Positions 52,447-62,399 of a stretch of 64,000 nucleotides of DNA are shown here, piece by piece (position 1 is the stretch's first letter; the number at the start of each line of letters is the position of its first letter). The notes under the pieces were generated by a model. The model saw only the letters and a program-made list of their open reading frames with translations, did no database searches and was not told the origin of the DNA. This DNA is from Naegleria gruberi. Lineage: Eukaryota. The DNA lies in the NCBI GenBank assembly GCA_000004985.1, contig GG738845.1; one strand, given 5' to 3'. Position numbers and translations under genes: made by a program.

Positions 52447-53068
52447 ATGACTTTAAGCAAACACACAATCATTCCTCCAACAATCATTAACTTCTTTTCC
52501 GATGATAATCATGAGTCACAATTTGTTATTGAGTATTCTATTCATAAATGTCCTCTACTGTTAAAATCCGATATGAACAAAATATTTCCAAGTGCCAAAC
52601 AAATATTCGAGAAGCAACAACTCTACATAATACCAACCTTTCAACATGTATCATGCCCTCTGTTCGTTTTTGATGAGGAAAGTAGTAAACAAAAAGATGA
52701 CAGACTTCATAAGGTTTGTTTTATAATTATTTGAGAGTTATATCGTTTCGTAGTTTTATTCATTTTCTAATTGTTTGAAAGAGTATATTGACACTTTATC
52801 ACAAGGCTACTGGAGTGATTATACGGATCCAGTAACTGGTTATCCAATGTTATCAGAGAGAGGAGGAATGCTTTACAGTGATGTGGATGGTTGTGAAATG
52901 TTTTTAAAGAGCTACACCGTTGATTATTCAATTGCAGAGTGTAGACTCATTTCCCATCCACTTTGGAAAACTCAAGTATATCCTGCTACCTTTTTTACAA
53001 CATGCCCTCCAGAACTACTTGCCGATTTTTTCAACCATTATAAACTTGTGGACAGTAATATTATTTAA
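52447..53068 (+). CDS. MMADHC: MMADHC (cblD) homologue, a cobalamin-trafficking protein. Two exons: 52447..52713 and 52784..53068, with a 70-nt GTTTGT...AAAGAG intron
   Basis: IEYSIHKCPLLLKSDMNKIFPSA...QQLYIIPTFQ and GYWSDYTDPVTGYPMLSERGGMLYSDVDGCEMFLKSYTVDYSIAECRLISHPLWKTQVYPATFFTTCPPELL align with human MMADHC ([23 protein letters not shown]... and [21 protein letters not shown]...[27 protein letters not shown]). The second track ORF starts at TTG. Confidence 0.7.
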
Positions 53069-53115
53069 ATTAAAATAAAAAATTAAATTATATTATTTTA
53101 AAATTAATAAAAAAA

Positions 53116-54801
53116 ATGAAAATCATCAAATCATCAACATCCTCCGTTTTGAATGCTTTTAACAGAGGAAGAACAGTATCACCTAAAGTTATTTTTCTTT
53201 CTGGAAATAAATTTACCATCAATAACAATAATTATCAAATAATTGCATTTAACAATGTTGGTGGAATGCTGAGAGCATTTTCTTCATTAAATTATTATAA
53301 TAATATTTCCCAAAGTTCTACAATTATTAATATCAATACTGGTATTGAACAAGACATTAGGAAAGCAAAAGACTTGCTCAAGGAGGGGTTTTCCGAGTTT
53401 GAAAATAGGCAATATTTAAAAAGCTATGAGCTTTTTATTAGGGCCTTTTTACTTTTTGACAAACATCAATTATTAACAAGAGAAATTAAGTTAAATGATG
53501 ATAATTTGACAGTTGACTCTTTATTAGCACTTTCAATTGGATTGAATAACTTTGCCGAAACTCTTAGATATATGGCAAAAAGTGGTATTGTGCCTCCAAC
53601 TTTGGCCAAATTGGGACTTAAAGCACCGTCAGTAACAACAGGAACTACAGCTCCTCTTGTTTATACCTCAAAAGATTCAATGAAATTTTATACACAGGCA
53701 GAACAATTATATGAACAGTATCAAAATTTTCTATTAAAGAACCAATCAAATAATAATAGAAAATTATTGGAATTGACACTTTGGAAAGGTACTTTATATA
53801 ACAATGTTGGACTTTATTTTATGGAAAATAGAAGAGATTTTTTCACTGCAACCAAATGGTTTGAAAAGAGTGCAACAGAAAGAGGAAAACTTGTGAAGGA
53901 ATTGGAGGAATTAGAAAATGACAAGGCCACCAAACACGAGGAAGTTGTAAATCAATATGGAGAATCTGAGGACCCATTGAATGCCAACGATCAAAGAATA
54001 CACTTTGCAATCACAAGAAACAATATTGCTCAATGCTATTCTAATTCTAAGCAAATTACTCTTGCCTTGGAAAGTTACAATTACGCTTTGAAGGTTTTTG
54101 AGGATATTAAGGCGAAATTGAAAGAGAAAGAAATCAAATGTATTACACCAGAGAGTAAGAATACTATTGCTAACAGACTTCACATAATTGTATTGAATAA
54201 TATGGGATTAATGTATCATGATCTTGGAAAGTATGAACAATCATTGACATACTTTTCTGAAGCATTTTTCATGTTCACAGGTGGACCAGTGAATGGAGAA
54301 AAACTTGGTGAAGAAGGGCTTATTGTTAATAATCAAATAGGAACTCAATATTTTGGAGAAGAGTTGGGTGTTACCTTGTCAAATATGGGTACAAGTTTAT
54401 TCATGTTAGGTAGATATAGAGAATGTGAACAATTTTACAGACAAGCTATGGGCTTATTTGATGTTATTTATGAAAATACTCCAAACCATAAGAATATTGC
54501 ACAAGTTAGTCTTCAATTAGCCCTTTGCTTGAAGCAAAAACATTCAGCAAAGGAGGGAGAAAAGCCAAACAAGGATTTACTGGCTGCTGCTACTTCATTA
54601 GCCCTCGCCAAACAGGACCCATCCTATTTTATCAAACTTGATTCGAATGCATCAGAAGAAATGATTGGAGATGAAAAGCAAGTTAGGCACTTGATAGAAA
54701 AGGCCAAGAAAATAACATCAACCTTTGCGGATGCAAATACAGAAGCAGTAGAGAATACCAAAAAGTCAATGTTTTCTAAAATGTTTGGAAAGAAAAAATA
54801 A
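53116..54801 (+). CDS. TPR-repeat protein (kinesin-light-chain-type repeats), about 560 aa
   Basis: Several 34-aa TPR units such as NNMGLMYHDLGKYEQSLTYFSEA and SNMGTSLFMLGRYRECEQFYRQA. Confidence 0.5.
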   Translation: MKIIKSSTSSVLNAFNRGRTVSPKVIFLSGNKFTINNNNYQIIAFNNVGGMLRAFSSLNYYNNISQSSTIININTGIEQDIRKAKDLLKEGFSEFENRQYLKSYELFIRAFLLFDKHQLLTREIKLNDDNLTVDSLLALSIGLNNFAETLRYMAKSGIVPPTLAKLGLKAPSVTTGTTAPLVYTSKDSMKFYTQAEQLYEQYQNFLLKNQSNNNRKLLELTLWKGTLYNNVGLYFMENRRDFFTATKWFEKSATERGKLVKELEELENDKATKHEEVVNQYGESEDPLNANDQRIHFAITRNNIAQCYSNSKQITLALESYNYALKVFEDIKAKLKEKEIKCITPESKNTIANRLHIIVLNNMGLMYHDLGKYEQSLTYFSEAFFMFTGGPVNGEKLGEEGLIVNNQIGTQYFGEELGVTLSNMGTSLFMLGRYRECEQFYRQAMGLFDVIYENTPNHKNIAQVSLQLALCLKQKHSAKEGEKPNKDLLAAATSLALAKQDPSYFIKLDSNASEEMIGDEKQVRHLIEKAKKITSTFADANTEAVENTKKSMFSKMFGKKK

Positions 54802-54859
54802 TTCTTCATCTCATTTTGGAATACTTACAAACTTGTAACGTTGTTTACAATAAAAACAA

Positions 54860-55213
54860 ATGAAACAAAACCTCTCTGCAGAACCCTCTACCGAACATAT
54901 TTTCCCAGTCTTTATTAACGCCCAACTTTTTAAACCTCTCTCAATTCAAAAACCAAAACGTTTACTCAAACGCTCTCCATCAATAATCACAACTGTCGAT
55001 GTGCAACATTTAGGAAGAGCCTTCTCTGCTCAATTAGTACTCCAGTTTAGAGGTGAGATTGACAATGATCTCATCTATAAGAATTTGATAAGAAAGGCTT
55101 TGAGACCTCTTAATCCGGAAGACTACAATCTAAATGTTCAACAATCAATTAGGGCATCTAGAGAACTTATTTCCAAGTTAAATGAAAATGTTACCACAAT
55201 GTTCTTTATTTAA
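54860..55213 (+). CDS. Small hypothetical protein (117 aa), possibly mitochondrial
   Basis: ATG start, basic. The stop codon overlaps the stop of the convergent gene at 55210. Confidence 0.3.
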   Translation: MKQNLSAEPSTEHIFPVFINAQLFKPLSIQKPKRLLKRSPSIITTVDVQHLGRAFSAQLVLQFRGEIDNDLIYKNLIRKALRPLNPEDYNLNVQQSIRASRELISKLNENVTTMFFI

Positions 55214-56892
55214 TAATTTGTTGATATTGGAGCTGCTAGAGCTGAGTTGATTGGATATGTATTTTTCGAACACTTGAATGTAGATCCTTTTTTGATCATG
55301 TAGTATGCTTTCTTTTGCTTTACCAGATCAACTCTTAAATCTTGTACCGCTTGATAGGACATGTGTGAATAGTCTCTAAAAAAGAAAATAGACCTCAAAA
55401 GTAAAACAGCACCAATAACAATTGAAGCAAAACGTAATTGATTTCTAATATTCCTGTAAATATTCTCATTCCAGATTAGTGAGTGTAATACTTTTTCTAT
55501 GATATAATTCACAGTAATTAACAAAAGGAGGTAAACTCTCGCCTTGCTAGTGCATTTTGTGCTTGTCAATAAGAATGACATAATTACTGAAAAGAAGTAA
55601 AAGAGAAACGATTTAAAGTCCATAAACTCTCCAATCAAAGTTGTGTAATTATGTGATATTCCAATAATCCCATCCAGAATTTCCCTTACATGTTCATGTT
55701 GCGCATTAATATTTTGAACGGTCTCTTGTGAGTTACTCAAAATTTCAACCAATGTTTTTTGTGCAGTTTTGAATAGATTGACCTGTTCACTTTTCAACTT
55801 ATCAATAAATATCTCATATTCTTTTTGTTTCTCCATTAAAATTTCTTGGTTTTTCATTGAAATTTCAATGTTGGATCCTATCTCGGTTGTATATTTTTCA
55901 ATAATGCCCAGCTTACTAGACGTTATTTGAGCTATACTATTCTGAAGATTTTGTAACAATTGTTGTCCTTTCAATAGCTTTTTTTGATTTTTCATAGATC
56001 TAACAGTGTTGTCACTAATAATACTTTGTTTTTCTTGGAATGAATTTAAAATGTTGAGAGTATGTTCTTGGTCTTTCCTTATTTTTGTTGAATGGGAGAT
56101 AGATTGTTCTAAAGATGTCACTAATTGCTGATTGGATTTGTCAATATGATTGAAACCATTTAAAACTTCTTGTCTCATCATTGATTGTTCATCTGAAATG
56201 AGTTTGGATTCTTCATATAAGGATTTCGACATTGAATGAATATGAGAAAATTCTTTTTTCAAGCTCTCATAAAACTCCAGCTCTAATTTTTTCATTAGCG
56301 AAAGTGCCTTGTCAAACTTGTTCTGCTCTTGCAAAATTCGGGTTTGAATTTCTTCTGAAAAGGAGAGAGTTTCCTTAATATTCATCGATTGCTCCTTTAG
56401 ATTTTCAATTTCACGGAGGGAGTTCTCTGTTTCATTTACCAATTGCTCCACTAGTCTCTCTGATTCTTCTTGAAAGGACTCTGATTTGATGTAGAAACAA
56501 ATTTGATCCACATGAGTGCTGAATTCAGTGTAAGCATTAAAAGCTATTGGAGATGATATCATGTCTTTTGTACACTCTTCTACAGTCATCATTTCAGTAC
56601 ACTCAAAGGTTTTCAGTCCAGATTTTGCTAAATGGCAGTTGGTTAATTGAATTGCAAGTTTACTTCTAATCTCTTCTCTTGTTTTAATTTCTTTGCATGA
56701 ACGAGTCATGGAATCAACAGCAACCTTCCAACAGTTCGACCAATCTGATTTAGCTTGATATTTTACTAACAAGGTTTTACCTTTGTCTTGTTGATCATGG
56801 AAATCTTGAATGTTGAAAATTGACCAACAGAAAACATCACTATTCAAACCAATAATGCAGATGGCTATTAGGGCTACTAATTGTTTGTTCAT
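55210..56892 (-). CDS. Secretory-pathway protein with a signal peptide, an 8-Cys N-terminal domain, long coiled coils and C-terminal TM helices. The architecture resembles Kar5/GEX1/Brambleberry nuclear-fusion proteins
   Basis: MNKQLVALIAICIIGLNSDVFCW is a signal peptide. A Cys-rich stretch of about 110 aa follows, then heptad-rich segments of about 300 aa and two C-terminal hydrophobic segments. The Kar5-like assignment rests on architecture only. Confidence 0.4.
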   Translation of the reverse strand: MNKQLVALIAICIIGLNSDVFCWSIFNIQDFHDQQDKGKTLLVKYQAKSDWSNCWKVAVDSMTRSCKEIKTREEIRSKLAIQLTNCHLAKSGLKTFECTEMMTVEECTKDMISSPIAFNAYTEFSTHVDQICFYIKSESFQEESERLVEQLVNETENSLREIENLKEQSMNIKETLSFSEEIQTRILQEQNKFDKALSLMKKLELEFYESLKKEFSHIHSMSKSLYEESKLISDEQSMMRQEVLNGFNHIDKSNQQLVTSLEQSISHSTKIRKDQEHTLNILNSFQEKQSIISDNTVRSMKNQKKLLKGQQLLQNLQNSIAQITSSKLGIIEKYTTEIGSNIEISMKNQEILMEKQKEYEIFIDKLKSEQVNLFKTAQKTLVEILSNSQETVQNINAQHEHVREILDGIIGISHNYTTLIGEFMDFKSFLFYFFSVIMSFLLTSTKCTSKARVYLLLLITVNYIIEKVLHSLIWNENIYRNIRNQLRFASIVIGAVLLLRSIFFFRDYSHMSYQAVQDLRVDLVKQKKAYYMIKKGSTFKCSKNTYPINSALAAPISTNY

Positions 56893-57089
56893 TTTTTTAA
56901 TGTTAATTGTAAAAAAGAACAAACTTACATCAATTAAACATTAATCTCCAACGAGTGGCAAATCTTTTTAAACACTTCTAAAGTTTGGTTGTTACACGAT
57001 GGATGGGAAAATGTATTTTTCAACAGTTCTAATGTTGGTCCTCTCTTTAGTACTCTTTTAGCCTTGAAAAAGTTAATTATGACTTCAAT

Positions 57090-60000
57090 CTAACAACTTA
57101 CATCAACATAAAGTGAAAGGTAGGTCCACATTAAGTTGGCGGAATAATACATGATGGATGTATTACCTTTGAGAAGTGTTGCTATTTTTAGAACTAAAAC
57201 ACACAATTCTTCCACTCTTAATATTAAGGTGCTCATACTTCTACAAAATAGTAGATTTCTGAATATTATAACGAGATATTCTTTCACTGCTTCGTTTGGG
57301 CTTTTTTCGAATTGTTCAAATAAATGGTCAATAGTATCAGATTGTAAGAAAGATTCATGGCAATCTTCAAAGAATGACAAATGAGACAACAGCTTTAAAC
57401 AGTATTCCATTCTTGTGTCATCTTTCTTCTTGATAAATATTTCTTTAAGACCATTGATGATTTTATCAACTAGTCCATACTTTAACATGGAATATCTAAC
57501 CTCTCCTGTACTAATCAGAGAACTTAATAACATGAAATAGGCATGACTATTAGTGAGCTTGCTTTTGGCTGATAATGATCCGCTAACAATATCAAGTAGA
57601 AGAGAATTGTTTTTGTTCTTGTTAATATCTTTTGCAAACTCAAGTTTGCTTCTCTCACAATTAGTGACCATATTTAGATAAACGTAAAGCAATGATAACC
57701 TTATTTCTGAGTCTGTAAAATCAGAGAACCAAATATATTTTAGATCTTGAAATAGGTTAAAGTCATTAGATACCTTCTTGGCATGGTTAGATAGAAATAA
57801 GTGTTGGAAAATGGAAAGGTTGAGGACAAGTTGATGTTTTAGCTTATCAATACTGTTACACTTTTCTGACCTGGAGGTGTGCATAAAATCGATAGAAAGG
57901 GAAGAAACAATCTTTCTGTTGAATGTACAATTACTCTCAATTATAGACTCTTGAACCTTTTCTTTTGTGGTTGTGTAAATGTTCAGAATCCAAGATAGAG
58001 ATTTACCAAGTATAAAACATTCCTCACAATCGATATTTGCAAAAAAGTTATCTTGACTTGAATAGTACAATCGTTGAATCTCGTCCACTATTTGCATCAC
58101 ATATTCATTTTCTCCTAGTTCAGAATTATATGGAAAACATTTTCTTCCAATTAGGGTTGTTACATATTTTGAAACTGTTATATTCACATTAATAGAGAGT
58201 GATGACTGGAGGGTAGCAGAAATAATTTTTAGAGTATTTTCCCTAGTTTTCAAATATTCTAGAGATAGATCATCATTTTTGGCAAATGCAACTAGATTAT
58301 TCATAATACAAAACGCTAATTCTATCAATTTGTCAGTTTTCTTAACTGTTAGTAATGTTCCAACAATCTTTTGTATATTATCCACCAATGTAGTGTCTCT
58401 GATCAGGTATGAAGCAATATCATTATTGTTTTGTATGATTTTCTTAACAACTTTCAATAAATTTTCTAAGGAATTATAAGAGATTGTTCCTAAATAGGCT
58501 ACATCCTCTAATTTTTGCAATATATAATTTAAAGAACTGTTTTCAAAGAGAACCTTACTCTGTGAAGATGGATCCCTCAGTAATAATTGATATATAAGAG
58601 CAGTTACAGATTCTAAATTTCTATCTCCTAGATTGAATAATTGTGGGAATGGAATACATTCCAAAAATCTATTCAAAGGCTCTGAGCTTAGAGAAATGTA
58701 TTTACATATTATCCAAATGCATTGATCCTTAACTATGTCAGTATCTGCGCTGGAAAGTTTGCTCACTATTAATTCTACCAGCTTTGGGTTTGATTTCTCT
58801 AACAGTCCAAAAGTTTCTTTGGTGTGCAATCCGTTCGAAATTATGCTGAAAATGCTCTCTCGTACATTAAAATTTTTCGAAAATATTAAAGAAAGAAATA
58901 TTTCGTGTTCTTTAACAATATCTATCCACGATATTTCGTATTTTCTTAATAATCCTGAAAGGGACTCTAACGACTTCAAACAAATGTGTTCGCAATGTGA
59001 CCCAAAACAAACTCCAGCTTCAAACGCTTCTCTTTCTTGTAAGAGTACTTGCAAAATATCTTCAAAAGTGGATTTCAATATCTCTAAACTATCAATAGAG
59101 AATATTTTACCACTCATTCCAATCCTACAAATACATCTTAACGAGTCTACTCTTAGATCATAGGGAATCTTCTTTTTGATAAAATTTCTTAGGGAAATAA
59201 GTAGCAACTCATCATTCAGTAATAATTTCAACTCATCTACACACTCTTCTTCCTGTAGGGATTGTGTGCAAAAATCTAAAAATTTCAGCATACAAGCCCT
59301 TAAGCTTGTACGATCATGAACCAGGTGATCTGTTTGGCTTGGTTGTAAAATAGTAATAAAGTTTTTGCAAAAACAATAAGAGAGTTCAGAAATCAAATCC
59401 CTCTCAAATCTCTTTTTTTTCGCTATTGTAGAGAAAAAACCTATTAAATTTTCCAAAACAAGATCATCTGCTTTGCTGGTAGGCGCTTTTTGTAAGAACT
59501 TGAAGATTACTCTTCTCCAGTCACTTTCACAAAAGATATCGAAACAATGTTCATCCATCATTAGAAAGTCCTGAAGAATTTGAAGATTTGTTAGGAATTC
59601 TCCATGACTTCTAGATTGTGAAAGCTTTAAAAGTGAGTTCTTAATAAAAATTTTTGGATGGATTTCATAAAGAACTTCAAATTGTTGGTCTTCTGAATTT
59701 TCGGTGAATGATTTGTTAAATTTGAAAAAATTCACTAATTCTGTTGAGTAGACTTTCGTATCACTTTCACATTCAATTTTGTAAAATGAGGAGTGTGGAA
59801 ATGTGTAAAATGATTCTGATATATTTTTTAGAATTGGATTTGCTTTCTCATTTGTTTCAAACACCATCTGTGTTTTGAATCCATTACTATTCCTTACATA
59901 TCTGTCCTTAGAAAACACTATTCTACTTAGAAACATAAAAGAGAGCTTTCTAACTACTAAATCAACATGGAAAAGTACTAAGGGAACTAAGAAAATAGAA

Positions 60001-62362
60001 TATGACCAATTAACTTACATTTGTATAGGGAGGAAAGTTTGGATTCTTCCATTGCAAATTCTTTGTTATCAAAAATAAGAATTAATAACACAAGCAACTC
60101 CTTAGAAATATTTTCTAATGTTCTGTTTAAGACTATTTCTGCTACCTCCTTAGATAAAATTTTGCTGTTGAGTGGTTGAATTCTCAACAGAGTACATAAT
60201 TGATTAGCAACTGATTTCAAAATAAGAGAGTCCTCTGTGTCTCTCATTAGTGATACTAGTGATTCAATATCAATATCAAAACTATCATTTGGGATGGGTG
60301 AATCAAAAAATCTATCCACATCCTCTAAATAGCAACTTAAAAAGGGATCACCTTCTTTGAGTTCGATATAATTTTCTGTTTTCAAATCTAAAATAAATAG
60401 AGATTTGAGGTTAACACTTGCTGTCTCTCTAATCCACTTATATTTGTGGAATAAAAATCTCGTGTGATAAGCCAATAGTTCTTCCTTTGTCATTAGTCTT
60501 TCAAATAATTGAAGAGTAGAAGTAACTTCATCTAAACTATCTTTAGCTGAGAGAATATTTTCAGAGTATTTGATAGTGCATTGTAATAAGGGAAGGTTTG
60601 GTAAAAATCCTCTTATTGAACAAGGACTGTTTTGAACGATATCCAAAGTAGTCTTTACCGATTCTTCCAATTCTATGGAGTGAAGAGATATTAGGTAGAA
60701 TATATCTTCAGAAGCAAGCTTTTCAAGAAACACATGTTGATCTTCTGCAATGAATTTAATTGCATAGCTTCTAATATCCTTATTATTACAAGAAAGCAAG
60801 TCCAACAACAACTCTCTACAAGAATCTTCTAAAAACTCGGATGTTATAAATAATTCTTGCATGTATCTTTCTAAAATTCGCGCATCGAATGTATGTGGTA
60901 GTATTAGAAATATGTTACGAAGCCTGCTTAGATGTGCTTCTGCATCAGGTAGTACATCACAATCTTCGTCCATCAATTGTTCCAACAGCTTGAAAGATTT
61001 TTCAATCTCTGGGAGTGTATTGAAATTGTTGCACGCCTTATTCTCAAAACGTTGAACTTGATTCAAAACTTGTTTGTGTATTTGAGGAAAACACAAATAT
61101 AAATTATTGTCAAATAAAAAATTCTCCAAAATAGGGCTAAGTTTTTCAATACAGTCCATTAACTGAAATTAGTTAATAAATAAGGATAAATATATTAGGA
61201 TACTTACGATGGTAGAGCTTGATCTGTTCAAAATTGTTGTTAGTAGATCGACAATTTTATAAGTATCCAAAATATCTAGTTTCTCGTGCAATAAATTTCC
61301 AATATCCTCATAAATATTTATCAAACTTTCCATTAATGTGAGCTTGTCTAATGAACAAATTTGTTCTAAGAAACAATTCAAAATCAATTTAAGGATATCA
61401 ACAAGTCTTCCCAGCAATGAAGGTTTAAGTTTGAAAATATATATAAATTTAGAATAACAATATTTGAAAATATATAGCATTGAATCAGTGTCAACAAATG
61501 TATAGCTCTCTAGAGAATTATTAAGAATTTTCAAAGACGCTTTGTCAAATAAAACACTCAAACATTCTAAAACTTGTAAATCTATTGCCATTCCAAAATC
61601 ACTCTGAATCGATGACACCAAGGACTACATAATTTAAGTCAATTAATTGATCTCAAACTTACCCTAATAATTTCTGGGCTTTGAACAAAGTATTCGATTG
61701 GAAACTCCAATAAGGGTGATTTTTTGAGATCTGAAAGAGCCTCTTGTATCAAGTCCACTCTCCTTTGTTGAAGTTTTACGTTGATTTCAAATAAATATTG
61801 TTTGTCCAATTCTGCCAAATCAGCTTTTTTAATAGCCTTCCTAGTATTTTTTGGTTCTTTCTGTGGCATGTTTTCTCTTGTAGAATATATCTGAAATCGA
61901 GAAGTATGTAAATCAGTAGATGATTGATTTAAAATAGATTGCTCTTGGTAAATAGTGACAATATTTTCCTTCTCATTTCTTACTTGTTTTAATACTTCCA
62001 CTATTGAATCAACATCGGAATGAATATCTTCAGGAGCATACAATCTCAAAGTTTGAAAAAATCCTATAGCTCCAATCTCTATCAAAATCAAAGCACTTGT
62101 TTTACTCTGTTCTGAGTTAGTGTTTTTGGATATTGTTACAAACCTTAGCAAATTCTCGCACAAGTTGTATTACTTGCCGATAATAAAAACAAGGATTATT
62201 GTTGAACCATTTCAACAAGGCTACTAATAGCTGCTCATCATCCTCGGAAGACTGCACATTAACAACTCCATATTTGAATTTATTTAATAAATTTGCCATT
62301 GCTCTCTTCTTAATTTCAATGTTGGGATTATCCAACTTTTCCAGCAATCCCGAACAAGTCAT
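57090..62362 (-). CDS. Rotatin (RTTN/Ana3)-like giant helical-repeat protein, about 1730 aa. Five exons: 62362..62144, 62106..61663, 61624..61208, 61162..60019 and 59986..57090
   Basis: The five minus-strand track ORFs join in frame through introns of 37, 38, 45 and 32-41 nt (GTTTGT, GTAAGT, GTAAGT and GTAAGT donors); each track stop falls inside an intron. The N-terminus MTCSGLLEKLDNPNIEIKKRAMANLLNKFKYGV...QLLVALLKWFNNNP...QVIQLVREFAK...IGAIGFFQTLR aligns with human rotatin ([28 protein letters not shown]...QLFLHLLEWFNFP...LLSRLVKYPP...VGAVEFLSKLR). Confidence 0.55.
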
Positions 62363-62399
62363 TTTTTTTTGTATTCTGGATTGTTTCTTTTATTAGAAC

